Source: Octopus sinensis | Taxonomy: Eukaryota | Direction of reading: 5' to 3' | Length of the DNA stretch: 36,073 bases | Assembly (NCBI RefSeq): GCF_006345805.1 | Contig: NW_021826243.1 | Coordinates: forward strand, 1-36,073 | Position numbers and translations under genes: made by a program | The notes under the pieces: generated by a model | Seen by the model: the letters and a program-made list of their open reading frames with translations, nothing else | Databases searched by the model: none | Told to the model about the DNA's origin: nothing | Shown here: positions 10,424 to 23,337 of the stretch, piece after piece | Numbering within the stretch: position 1 is the first letter of the stretch | How the letters are laid out: each line of letters begins with the position of its first letter

Positions 10424-11905
10424 ACAAATTTTCTGATGCATAGCATGAAGAGTGGAAAACCAAATTGTACTGAAGTAATGTATTCCTTGGAGAAGATAAT
10501 ATTATAAGGGGAAATCTTCGAAGGTGACTCGTTTTCTCCGTTACTTTTTTAATTGCACTATTACCCATAACAATGGCACTGAGGAAAGTTAAGATGGATC
10601 ATTGATGTGGGAAGAGAGGCCCAACATTGAACAATCTTCTGTTTATGGATGACCTGACATTGTTTTGGAAATCTAAAAATCAAATAGATTCTTTAATCAA
10701 AATATTCCAGAAGTGTGTCAGGGACATCAGTATGGAATTTAGGATTACCAAATGCTCAGTATTTAATACGAAAAGAGGGAAGATTTTAACCTTCTGAGGA
10801 TTGCCGTTACCATCAGGAGAGACTATGGGTTAACCCACCGGTTGTGGCTATAGATATTCAGGAATTTTGGAGCTGGATGACATTCTACACAGAGAAACGG
10901 AAGTCAAGATCAGTGAGGCGTATAAAAAAAGGGTGAAGATGGTGTTGCAATCCAACCTGACTGCCAAAAATTTGATTACCGCAATGAATATTTAGGCAGT
11001 TACGGTGGTCAGATATAGGGCATCCATCCTCAAATGGACTAAGGAGGAAATATCAAACCGGATAGAAGGACGAGAAAGTTGATGACTCGGCATAGGGCGC
11101 TACACCCTAAAGCAAACGTAAACAGACTGTATATGAAAAGAAAGAATGGTGGCAGTGGACTAATTAGTATAGATAATTGTAGAAGAAGTGAAAGGAGAAA
11201 GCTTGCCGAGAATTTGATAAATAGTGATGACGATATGATGCTATATGCCGCGAAAGATATGGGTATAAATGCAGATGAAATGATGGCCAAAGAGCTGAGG
11301 TGAAGAGAAAAGAACACCTTCTTGAAATGAGAATGCATAGACAGTTTGAAAGGAATACACAGGACGTTAAGGATAATGCATCATCGTGGGCATAGCTTGA
11401 GCGAGGTGATTTGAAGCGTACCACCGAAAGCCTGATCATTGCTGCACAAGATCAGGCTCTCGCTACCAATTCAGTGAAGTATAGCATTTATAAAAGAAAG
11501 AATGGTGGCAGCGGACTAATTAGTATAGATAATTGTACAAGAACTGAAAGGAGAAAGCTTGCTGAGTATTTGATATCAAGCAGAAATGCAGATGCTGGGA
11601 AAAAAGTGTGGAAAATGTGACCCACTTCGTAAGTGGATGTGAGATCCTTGCACAAAATGAATACAAGACTTTGTGGAATGCGAGAGGGTAATGTAAAAGT
11701 GATACCAGTGGTGATCGGAGAGTTGGACTCAATCACATTGAAACTTCAAAACTTCTTATGGCAACTGGAAATCCCATGCACGATTGATGTCTTGCAAAAA
11801 GCAGCCTTATTGGTCACAGCACACATCTTCAATAAAGTATAATCTGTCTGAGGTCCTTGATGTGACTTGGCAGATGACTGAATACTCCGGTACACTTTTA
11901 CCTAC
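10424..11905 (+). pseudogene. Degenerate R4/Dong-clade LINE: RT domain, thumb, partial CCHC knuckle, RLE C-terminus, 3'UTR
   Basis: EIFEGDSFSPLLF (10511-10540), LLFMDDL (10642-10653 = FMDD), HRALHPKANVNRLY..GGSGLISI, LIIAAQDQAL, KCRCWEKSVENVTHFVSGC, IPVVIG..LQKAALLVTAHIFNKV*. Multiple stops and frameshifts. Confidence 0.9.
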
Positions 11906-12377
<472 letters not shown>

Positions 12378-13592
12378 AATAACAATGAAGATTGCTACAA
12401 TTGGCCTAGACACCTACCTGAAAAACTCTGAGGACTGGATGTTAAAACTTGTCTCAAAACATGAAAACAAGAAAGCATCATACTCAGTCACAAAACAGGC
12501 AAAGGAATATCTAAGTGAATTCCGAATACAACCAATTTCGGAATTAGAGATAGATATACAAGAAACAAGCACAGAAAAAGCTAGGCGCATGAAAACCCGT
12601 GCCAAAACTGCGGCCTTAGATATTCTGAATAATAAATGGCAAGAAAAACCTCTCTATGGCAAATACCCAAAGAGAGCGAATAATGCAGATATCGACAAAG
12701 CCCTGACCCATCAATGGCTAATGGCCTCTGGTTTAAAATCTGAAACAGAAGGGTTTATCATAGCAGCTCAAGATCAATGCCTACCAACAAGAAACTACCA
12801 GGCCAACATATTAAAGAACGGCAGTAGCCCAACATGTCGTATATGCCGACAACAAAGTGAAACCATTGACCATGTTGTCTCCAAATGCAGTCTTCTAGCG
12901 CCTACAGAGTACCTCAGTAGGCATGATAGAGCTGCACAATATATTCACTGGATAATTTGCAAAAACCTGGATTTGCCCCATGAAAAAAACTGGTGGGAAC
13001 ACAATCCACCTCCTGTGCTTGAAAATGACCACATCTCACTCCTCTGGAACTTCACCATTCAAACTGACAGGAAGATAGATGCAAATAGGCTAGACATTAT
13101 ATTGAAAGACTTCAGACAAAGAACATGCCTCCTCATTGATATGACTGTCCCAATCGATATAAACGTATCTGTCAAGACCTACCAAAAACTGAGCAAATAT
13201 AAAGATCTTGAAATAGAAATCAGGAAAATGTGGAAGCTGAAGACCTGTTGTCATAGGTGCCCTGGGAATGATAGCGAAAGGGACTGATTGCTACCTAACT
13301 CAGATACCAGGAAAACCCAAAATGGCAGAAATTCAAAAGATAGTGCTCATGGGAACTGCTCATATCCTACGCAAAATACTCTCTATGTAATTCCAAGGTT
13401 TAAAACAAACTTTTTTTTTTATTTCTTTTTTTTTTATTTATTTTTTATTTTTATGTATTAGACATTCACTAGTACAACACCAAAAAAAAAAAAAACCAAA
13501 TATATGGCACAGAACTTCCAACCTGTCTCTTGAGGTCTCTGGGTGAGACTTGGAGCCAACTTGTATAGACATAAAGCAAAAGTCAAACATAG
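12378..13592 (+). mobile_element. R4/Dong-clade LINE, 5'-truncated: post-RT region, intact CCHC knuckle, RLE, 3'UTR
   Basis: GFIIAAQDQCLPTRNY, CRICRQQSETIDHVVSKC (CX2CX8HX4C), RHDRAAQYIHW, ANRLDII..LLIDMTVP..KLSKYKDL. Frameshift near 13243, then PVVIGALGMI..QKIVLMGTAHILRKILSM* (stop 13388-13390). (TAA)n on both sides. Confidence 0.92.
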
Positions 13593-13626
13593 AATAATCA
13601 TAATAATAATAATAATAATAATAATA

Positions 13627-13829
13627 ATCCTTTCTAATATTGGCACGAGGCCTGAAATTTTTGGCGAGGAAACTCGTCAGTTACATTGACTCTAGTGTAT
13701 CACTCGGGCTGAATTTGTCGAACCCGAAAAGCTAAAAGCCAAGTCAACCCCGGCGGAATTTGGACTCAAAATCGAAAGAATGCATGCATTTTGTTCGGTG
13801 TGCCAACTATTCTGCCAGCTCGCCGCCTT
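13627..13829 (-). mobile_element. SINE S2 (a-type tail), full length
   Basis: CCTTTCTAATATTGGCACGAGGCC...GGCGGAATTTGGACTC...TTCTGCCAGCTCGCCGCCTTA. Confidence 0.85.
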
Positions 13830-14153
13830 AATTCAAACAATTGTTATCGCGCCAGGAAAAGTGCTTTACGGCCATCCCTTTCAACTCACCGTTCAGTGTT
13901 GAAATGCCTTTCGTCAATTCGGAGTCGATAAAATTAAGTCCCAGTTAAACACGAGTCGATGTAATCGACGATCACACGCTACACACCTTCCTTTCAAGCA
14001 TTGCTGTAAACAGCGGATATAAGGTAGAACACTAACGCTCAGTGCGCGCGCACACCAGATTTCAAGGACTATCTGTACCTAGTGAATTTACTTTGCGTGC
14101 TTTCGCTTCGTTACTATAACAACTCTCCGGATACTTCTTATTGATCAGACCAC

Positions 14154-14233
<80 letters not shown>

Positions 14234-14267
14234 TACATATATATATATCTGTGTGAGTGTATGTGTT

Positions 14268-14311
<44 letters not shown>

Positions 14312-15023
14312 TTTGTGTGTGTATGGTTATGTGTGAATCGCGGTAGATTATCCAAGGTATACTTAATACTTCGTAGACGAATGGATATTCCTTGAGAGAA
14401 ATGGTGTCTAACCATATCTAGCTGTTTGGAGTGATCACGTGATATGCCAACGGCTGTAGGGACGCAGTTACATATTTCTGATAATTATGTGTGAAACCCT
14501 ATCGTTTCCCAAAAGGATTGTATTCAACATGAATATTTATTTCGAGTTTGAAATTATATAAATCACTTCAAAATGGGTTTTAAATTCAATATTCGTAAAT
14601 TACTTACAATAAAATCATATGACGTTAATGAAAAGTACATAAGTATATATATATATATATGTAATACGTAATACATATATATTATATTGTTATATTATAT
14701 TACATTATAACATATTTTATATGCGCAAGATAATTGTTAAATTTATTATACTCAAGGATATATGATACAGAAGTTTATGTAATCATATATGTAAAGTTAT
14801 ACCCATTGAAACACCCCACACCCACACACGTTAACAAGTATGAGTAAATCTACGTCAAAATACACACATATACATAAATATGTATACATATCAAAGACTA
14901 TCGAATATACTTATAAACCATTTTGTCATAATGCGGTTCCAGGTCAGTCTTCGTTGCACGCTTATTTTCTATCTCATTCCAAATCGTCACCACTAAAATT
15001 TGAAATTGAGAAAGTACATCATA

Positions 15024-15438
15024 GGCGCAGGAGTGGCTGTGTGGTAAGTAGCTTGCTAACCAGCCACATGGTTCCGGGTTCAGTCCCACTGCGTGGCGTC
15101 TTGGGCAAGTGTCTTCTGCTATAGCCCCGGGCCGACCAATGCCTTGTGAGTGGATTTGGTAGACGGAAACTGAAAGAAGCCCGTCGTATATATGTATATA
15201 TATATATATCTATGCATGTGTGTGTTTGTGTGTCTGTGTTTGTCCCCCTAGCATTGCTTGACAACCGATGCTGGTGTGTTTACGTCCCCGTCACTTAGCG
15301 GTTCGGCAAAAGAGACTGATAGAATAAGTACTGGGCTTACAAAGAATAAGTCCCGGGGTCGATTTGCTCGACTAAAGGCGGTGCTCCAGCATGGCCGCAG
15401 TCAAATGACTGAAACAAGTAAAAAGAGTAAAAAGAGTA
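15024..15438 (+). mobile_element. Full-length, well-preserved SINE S1
   Basis: GGCGCAGGAGTGGCTGTGTGG...GGGTTCAGTCCC...GGCGGTGCTCCAGCATGGCCGCAGTCAAATGACTGAAACAAGTAAAAAGAG. Confidence 0.92.
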
Positions 15439-15899
15439 TACAAACGGATATATCTCTACAAATTCTTCAGTGGCTTTAAGAATTGGTCGTCAGAAACAAT
15501 GACTGGATTGGTGGTGTGGACATCCACGGTGATCTACTAACTCATCTATTCGTAGATTATTCTACACTAATCACCTAAGCATAATACTTCTTGCCTGATG
15601 ATCGCATTTACGTGAAAGTCTTGTCAAAGGATATAATTTAATGTTAAGAAGCAAAATCTCTACATCTTTCTGATCATTCTTCTCGCATTCGCTAGACACA
15701 ATGCAACTTTCGTGACAGGGATTAACTGATGCGTATAATTTTGTATGCATGTATGTAGCTATGCATGCATGCATGCATGCATGTATGTATGTTATTATTC
15801 AGTTTTAATTCAAGATTTCTTGCCTATAGAGAAAGTACCGTTTTCTAACCTAGATCCGAGGCTCCTTCAATGGAATTTCAACATCATCAACAGAGAATT

Positions 15900-16322
15900 T
15901 TTGTATGTGTGTAGATATGTATTTACGTATGTATGTATGTTCGTATGTATGTATGTACGTACGTACGTATGTATGCATGCATGCATGTATGTATGTATGT
16001 ATGTATGTATGTATGTATGTATGTATGTATGTATGTATGCATGCATGCATGTATGTATGTATTTATGTATGTGTGTATGCATGTGTGTGTGTGTGTCTGT
16101 CTGTCGGTCTGTCTATCTATATGCGTGTGTCCGTTTGCATAAGTGTTTACATATACGAATAGTTGTATTGCCCGAACAGCAAATAAGACACCCACACAAA
16201 AATTATTATTAATTTAGACATATATAAACATGGACCCAAGCACAGGTACACATATATACACACACAAATATAAACACGCACATACATGTATGTGTGTATG
16301 TATGTATATATGTGCATGTTTG

Positions 16323-16357
<35 letters not shown>

Positions 16358-16570
16358 TGCAATAATCATCATCATCGTTTTTGTCATTATTGCTGTATAC
16401 AATAATTTCATTATTATTATTATATACGTGTGTGCATATACATACATATACACGTACATACAGTGCATACATGTATATATGTACGTACATATAAATATAT
16501 ATATATATATATATACGTATATATACATATTCATATATATACATGTACAAACACACACAAGCATATTGCG
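15900..16570. repeat. (TATG)n/(TA)n/(CA)n compound microsatellites
   Basis: Direct reading. Confidence 0.9.
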
Positions 16571-17177
16571 TAATTGTGTGTACGTGACTGTGTATATATC
16601 AGTGAGTTTAATATTGTGAGTTTAAATAGAAGTTCCAGAGAATTCCTGGCCATTTCAAAGGCGGATTAAATTATTAAATAATCATCATCAGTGTATTTTC
16701 GAGAAAATGAGTATACACACGTAACTCTTAGAAGAATATTCCAGCGTGTATAATGTATGTTTTCATGGTGAATCTATCTAATTACTTCAATTACTAAGGG
16801 GCTTTCAAATAAACTATTAATTAATATATTTTCTCCTCGCCTACACACATTCGCACGTGCTCACGTTCTGCGGTTGTTAAGTATATAGTGATATTGTATT
16901 TAAAATCCTACGCAGATATATATATACATGCGTAGATGCATTCATACAAACTTATATGCGTGTATACTTTTCTACATCATTATTCATACATACTCACATT
17001 GCTGATTGGATATATACCTACATGCATATAATGAGGTATGTATACACACACACATATATATCCATACATGCACACATATAAACACACACATATTCACTCA
17101 CTCTCTCTCTCTCTTTCTCTCTTATATATATATATATACATATGGAAACATATATATACACACATATATGTACGTAT

Positions 17178-17214
<37 letters not shown>

Positions 17215-17231
17215 GTATATATATATATATT

Positions 17232-17621
17232 CTTTTCTATTCTAGGCACAAGGCCCGAAATTTTTATGAAGGGGGGCTGTCAAATAGATCAACGCCAGTA
17301 CGCATGTGCCACTTAATTTATCGACCCCGAAAGGATGAAAAGCAGAGTCGACCTCGATTGAATTTGCACTCAGAACATAAAAACAGACGATATACCTATT
17401 TCTTTACTACCCACAAGGCGCTAAACAGAGAGGGGTCGAACAAGGACAGACAAACGGATTAAGTCGATTATATCGACCCCAGTGCGTAACTGGTACTTAT
17501 TTAATCGACTCCGAAAGGATGAAAGCCAAAGTCGACCTCGGCGGAACTTGAACTCAGATCTAACGGCAGACGAAATGCTGCTAAGCAGTTCGCTCGGCGC
17601 GCTAGCGTATCTACCAGCTCG
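17232..17621 (-). mobile_element. Second head-to-tail SINE S2 dimer
   Basis: Junction GACGATATAC|CTATTTCTTTACTACCC at 17395/17396, the same register as 7740; distal unit has the a-type tail. Confidence 0.85.
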
Positions 17622-17629
17622 CAGACTTT

Positions 17630-17779
17630 ATAAATATATATATATATATATAATATATATATATATATTATATATATATATATATTATATATATATATAT
17701 ATAATATATATATATATATATTATATATATATATATATAATATATATATATTATATATATAATATATATATATATATAC

Positions 17780-17811
<32 letters not shown>

Positions 17812-17900
17812 AATATATAATATATATAATATATATATATTATATATATATACATAATATATTATATATATATATTATATATATATATATATATAATAAT
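17630..17900. repeat. (TA)n tract, ~270 bp
   Basis: Direct reading. Confidence 0.97.
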
Positions 17901-18051
17901 AATAAATATTAGGGAATAAATCCAAATTTACAGGGAAAAAAATCAGATTTAGGATTAAATCCAATTTTATAGTAAAATATTATAAAATATTATTAGAGAC
18001 AAAACCCTCTATTTTGCAAAACAAACAAGGAAAGACGATATATATATATAT

Positions 18052-18786
18052 TAATTTCAGCTCTGAGCTGCGGCTGAAATTAATTTCAGCTCAGTGCTAC
18101 ACTGTTATTACTAAGAGCCTCCTCTAATATGTGGCACTTGGTTAAGAATGGAGTTTGATAGAGCTGCCCACATTTACGCCTCTTGCCGTGAGGTAGGTTC
18201 ATTTGGGACTCTCGACAGGAAGAGGTCCAGCTTTGATTTAAAAACCGCTACATCTACTTTGTGCAAGTTCCTCAGACTCTCTGGGAGAATATTAAGAAGC
18301 TGTTGGTCCTTGAAACCCAAGCTGTTGCACTAGCTGGTCCTGAAGCGTGATGGCATTGCTGGGGTCTCTTTGGCCTTGTGCTCTGGGACATATTTCTGGC
18401 CTATGGCTTGCACAGAAGACATGAAGCATTCTAGATTCATGTCAATGTCTGGTGTGGAGAGACATTTCCGCCAGTCCTCTCTGAGGATATCTTTTGGATT
18501 GATTTCCAATCTGCTTTGTGGAAGTTCACATTGGAAAGTTTTCAGGTGCTTCCTTTAGGTTGTATGTATCTGGATACTTTCGGCCCAAACATAGACAGCT
18601 CTATTATGTTGTAATCCGAGACTAATATCGGTGTAACTTTCATATCATGAATGATGTCCATATTGTTCGTGAAGCAGAGATCCAGAATGTTATTCGCCCT
18701 AGTTGGTCTGTGTACAGCTTGCTCCATGAATAGGGCATTGGTGAGGTTGAGCAGGGACACCATCGGTGCTTGCTTGCAATGAGTCA
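18052..18786 (-). pseudogene. CR1/L2-like LINE relic: APE endonuclease C-terminus fused to the ORF2 C-terminus and 3' tail (RT deleted)
   Basis: HRPTRANNILDLCFTN..VSDYNII (APE; SDH changed to SDY), NFHKADWKSIQ linker, then LLNILPESLRNLHKVDVAVFKSKLDLFLSRVPNEP, then tail CCGCAGCTCAGAGCTGAAATTAA. Confidence 0.8.
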
Positions 18787-18794
18787 TGTATATA

Positions 18795-18845
<51 letters not shown>

Positions 18846-18871
18846 TATATATATATAATATATATATATAC

Positions 18872-19140
18872 GATAGTGGGGTTGTCAGTTCGAATCCCGG
18901 ACCGGGTTGCGTGTTGTGTTCTTGAGCAAGACATTTTATTCACGTTGCTCCAGTTCACTCAGCTCGATAAATGTGTTGCGACGTCACAGGCAGCAAGCTG
19001 TATCGGCCCCTTTACCTTTCCCTTGGATAGCACTGGTGGCTTGGAGAGGGGAGGCCCGTATGCATGGGCGACTGCTTGTGCCCGGGAGGGTAACTTACCA
19101 GGTGCAATTCCACGGTCACCCATGGCCGAAGGAGGTCTCA
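18872..19140 (+). mobile_element. tRNA-derived SINE (B box, CORE-like body, family-specific tail)
   Basis: GTTCGAATCCCGGACCGGG..TGTGTTCTTGAGCAAGACA..CACGTTGCTCCAGTTCACTCAGCT; tail shared with 1125-1330. Confidence 0.75.
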
Positions 19141-19214
19141 GTATATACATATATATATATATATTATATATATATATATAAATATATATGCACACGTTTT
19201 ATACATATCTAGAT

Positions 19215-19253
<39 letters not shown>

Positions 19254-19778
19254 CATATACAGAAATAGATAGATCCATAATGTTCAGAACTATATGTCAG
19301 CGCGCATGCGTGCGTGTCATGAAATAATAGACGAAATGTGTTGGAGTGTGATTGACAAGAATTATGCTGTCTCGACTTCTTACACCATAAGATTTTGGCG
19401 GCAATGTAAGGTGTATTTCCTGAAAATTATCTGTTGAATTTTTTGACAAATTTACGTACTTATTTCTCGTCTTATTCACTTCTTTAATTTAGACTGATAT
19501 AACTAACCTAGATGGAGAAAAGAAGACCAAATGACACGAGACTTTACACTCAGCCGCCCTGACAAAGTGCAGAGATAGTTCGAAGGGTGTGTGAGCAGGA
19601 AAGAAAAAGTAAAGTTACCGCGACAACAAAAAGTAAAGTTACCGCGACAAAAAAAGCAACAACAAGAATACTAACGGTTGGATCATTTTCGACATGAATA
19701 CTGTCATCAACGCCATAAGCAAAGGACAGCAAATTATACGTCGACAAGTGTAGACATACACATACATAAACGTATATA

Positions 19779-19824
<46 letters not shown>

Positions 19825-20236
19825 GTGTGTGTGTGAATATATATATTATATATATATATATATATATTTGTGTATATATATGTATATATGTGTGTATATA
19901 TATATATATACATAAATATAAATGTATATATAAATGCATATATCTCTCTCTATATATATGTATATAAATGTATGTATGTATATAAATATAAATATATATA
20001 TACATACACAGACTCGTAAATATATGTGTCTATGTCTATGTATATATATGTGTGTATATATATATATACACGCATACTTACTCACATGTACTCTGTATAA
20101 ATATAGCTTGCTAGCTAGATATAGATATACATATACATATATGTGCGTATATATCTACTAAAAAATATAGGCACGCATAAATATGTTCCATAAACGTACA
20201 TATATAAATATGTATATATACATGTATATATATATG

Positions 20237-21112
20237 GTAAAGAAAATAAGTTGGCTAGCAGCAAGCTGTTTCGCCTCATACCGAAGGAATTAGAAATGGC
20301 AGTCAAAGACCGTTTTTTCCATTTCTATAAGTGGAGATTCCAAAAACGAAGGCCCTTGCGGCTCACATACACAAAACCGGATGGCAAATATACGAATTCA
20401 GTCACTTACCGTTAATAGCGAACGCTGCTAGCCAACTTATTTTCTTTACTATATACTGAACCTTACAAAGGTCCTGACAATTAATTTGTCGTATTTACAT
20501 ACCGAAATTTACCGGTAAATAATTGTTGGTTACATGAAAAACCACAGGAAAATTATTTACCATTTTAATTGCATTACCATGTGGATTCCTCATTCCATTA
20601 CGATTACCAGAAGGCGCGCATGGCAGAATTTTGGAGGAGAAAATGTACGTTCCCAGTCGTTACTTGGTTTTAACATCTGCGCACTTCCCCCCACTATCTG
20701 ATGTCGCTGGGTCAGACTTGAGGGCTGGTGCCATTGATAAAGCTATCGAATATAGCGCTGATGACGGAATTCAAACTCCCTTTCTTTATATGTTTGTGAT
20801 CCAGAAACACGGTGTTCGCTATTAACGGTAAGTGACTGAATTCGTATATTTGCCACTCCGGTTTTGTGTATGTGAGCCGCAAGGGCCTTCGTTTTTGGAA
20901 TCTCCACTTATAGAAATGGAAAAAACGGTCTTTGACTGCCATTTCTAATTCCTTCGGTATGAGGCGAAACAGCTTGCTGCCAGCCAACTTATTTTCTTTA
21001 CTTGAACCTTACAAAGGTCCTGACAATTAATTTGTCGTATTTACATACCGAAATTTACCGGTAAATAATTGTTGGTTACATGAAAAACCACAGGAAAATT
21101 ATTTACCATTTT
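20237..21112. repeat. Near-identical local duplication with inversion: A(rc)-a-B-C-A-B
   Basis: 20237-20423 is the reverse complement of 20814-21001; 20424-20449 is the last 26 bp of A in forward orientation; 20456-20566 equals 21003-21112. Confidence 0.95.
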
Positions 21113-21121
21113 TATTGTATA

Positions 21122-21164
<43 letters not shown>

Positions 21165-22162
21165 ATACACATATACATCTATACGTATATATACATATAT
21201 ATATATATATGTACGTATGTATATACTTATATATATAGATGTATACATATACATATATATATATATACACACATACAGATATATATATATAGAGAGAGAG
21301 TGACAGAGAAGGGGAGTGGGAGAGAAAGAGGAGGGAGAAAAAGAGACCGGTAGAGAGGGAGAGTGTGTGGCAGACAGAGTCACTGTTATATTATCTAACT
21401 TATTAGAAAGCATAAAGCAACTTGTCCAAGGACCACCAGCACCACCACTACCATCACATCACTACAGCCACCACTAAAACCAGCACCGCTACCCCTTCGT
21501 TCCTCCAGGCGGCCGTCACCACCATCAAGACAGCAACAACAACAGCACAAATACAAATACTACTCATGTGTCATGTCCAAACTCTATCCTTTGTTTCTTA
21601 CTACAACAGGACGCAACTGAACCTCAAAGAAGACACTGAAGGAACTTATTAAGTTTTCTATGTATACATTGGGTCAACACAGCGTTCATTATACACATAT
21701 ATATATACATATACATATATATATATATATATATTCTATTATAATTCACGCTGACATTGTTTGCAGTTTTTAGTGTTGTTGTTGATGAGGATATGACGAC
21801 GGTATTTAAAAATTTTTTCGTTCGCCATTTACAATGTCTCTGCGCGCTCTATGTTTTTGTGTTGTGTTTTTATATCTTGCTGTAGATTGACAGAAGCTGA
21901 TAGAAGTCCATGGAAGGCAGGCGACTCTTGTCTTGTCGGGTGGTGCAAACATATTTTGTTAGCAATCACCAGAGACTGATGGTGAACAAGTTTAATTTAT
22001 TTGCACCGGTGTTACGTTTTTGATTCGGTTAATAACTTTACAACATCCTGCCTTTTCCCCTAATCTTATTTTCGGGCAGGGAGGCAGTATCAAACAGATC
22101 TTGGTGGAATGTGCATAGCATGTCAAAATTTGATAACCTGTAGAACACCGCATATATATATA

Positions 22163-22432
22163 TATATTATATATATATAGATATATATTATATATATATA
22201 CATATATAATATATATTTATATACATATATATATGTATACATATATATACATATATACATATATATATATATACATATATATATACTATATATATACATA
22301 TATACTATATATATATATATATACATATATACATATATATATATATACAATATATATATATACATATATATATATACATATATATTCATATATATATATA
22401 TATGTATACATATATATATATATACAATATAT

Positions 22433-22476
<44 letters not shown>

Positions 22477-22776
22477 TATTATATATACACACATATATAT
22501 GCATATATACATATATACGTACTCACACGCACATGTAACGTGTGTGCGTGCGCGTGTTTGTGTGTTTGTGCGTGCGTTGTATGTATGTGTGTGTGATGTT
22601 TTATGGTTCCTTTTTCTTCTAATGTTGCTGAAATTCTTGATAGTGTTTGAAAGGAAGTACATATTATGTAGGTAGGTAGGTAGGTAGGTAGGTAGGTAGA
22701 TAAAATATAATAGAATAAGACTAGAATAGCCTAGAATAGATGAATAGATAGATAGATAGATAGATATATAGATAGT

Positions 22777-22814
<38 letters not shown>

Positions 22815-22905
22815 TTCCTGTTAACTTAGGACCAGGCAGGAATAGTTGAGATGTTTATGAAAATAATACGCACATAAACTAACTCACCTAAAACACACTT
22901 ACGCA

Positions 22906-22950
<45 letters not shown>
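22163..22950. repeat. (TA)n/(TATAC)n, (GTAG)n, (TAGA)n, (GA)n, (CA)n tracts
   Basis: Direct reading. Confidence 0.93.
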
Positions 22951-23142
22951 TCGAATCGCTTATAATATAGCAATAGCGGAGAATGATAGATGTTTTAGAG
23001 GCAAGAGGCTAAGATATAAGTGGGCAGTATGCCTTGTTGCCAGTAGATCAATAGTTCAAATCCATTTCGGATACGTATTTATATTTCGTTTGGTTATGCA
23101 TTCTTACAGATTTCTCTATGTTTGAGTGGAAAGGTATGTACT

Positions 23143-23290
23143 TCATCATTGCCCACAAGGAGCTAAGCATAGAGGGGACAAACAAGGACAGACAAAGGGA
23201 TTAAGTCGATTGAATCGACCCCAGTGCGAAACTGGTACTTTATTTATCGCGCCCCAAAGGATGAAAGGCAAAGTCGATCCCGGCAGATTA
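23143..23290 (-). mobile_element. SINE S2 (b-type tail), 5'-truncated
   Basis: GCCCACAAGGAGCTAAGCATAGAGGGGACAAACAAGGACAGACAAAGGGATTAAGTCG. Confidence 0.85.
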
Positions 23291-23337
23291 TTTTCATAAG
23301 ACACCGCAAAAATTGCTGCTGACAGACTTCAGCAGAT

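Noticed and set aside
15588-15630. CUGAUGA..GAAA..GUC spacing
   Set aside because: Stems I, II and III do not pair.
17630-17900. Quasi-periodic AA/TT phase flips in long (TA)n tracts (also 22163-22500 and 27090-27350)
   Set aside because: Single-base indels in (TA)n give exactly this pattern. Slippage or long-read error explains it, and there is no evidence of a higher-order code.
19600-19660. TM-like peptide VVAFFVAVTLLFVVAVTLLFL on the minus strand
   Set aside because: Produced by a 22-24-bp direct repeat (AAAAAGTAAAGTTACCGCGACA twice).
21422-21652. His/Thr-rich ORF; similar on the minus strand at 35460-35700
   Set aside because: Degenerate (CAC/CAN)n trinucleotide repeat.
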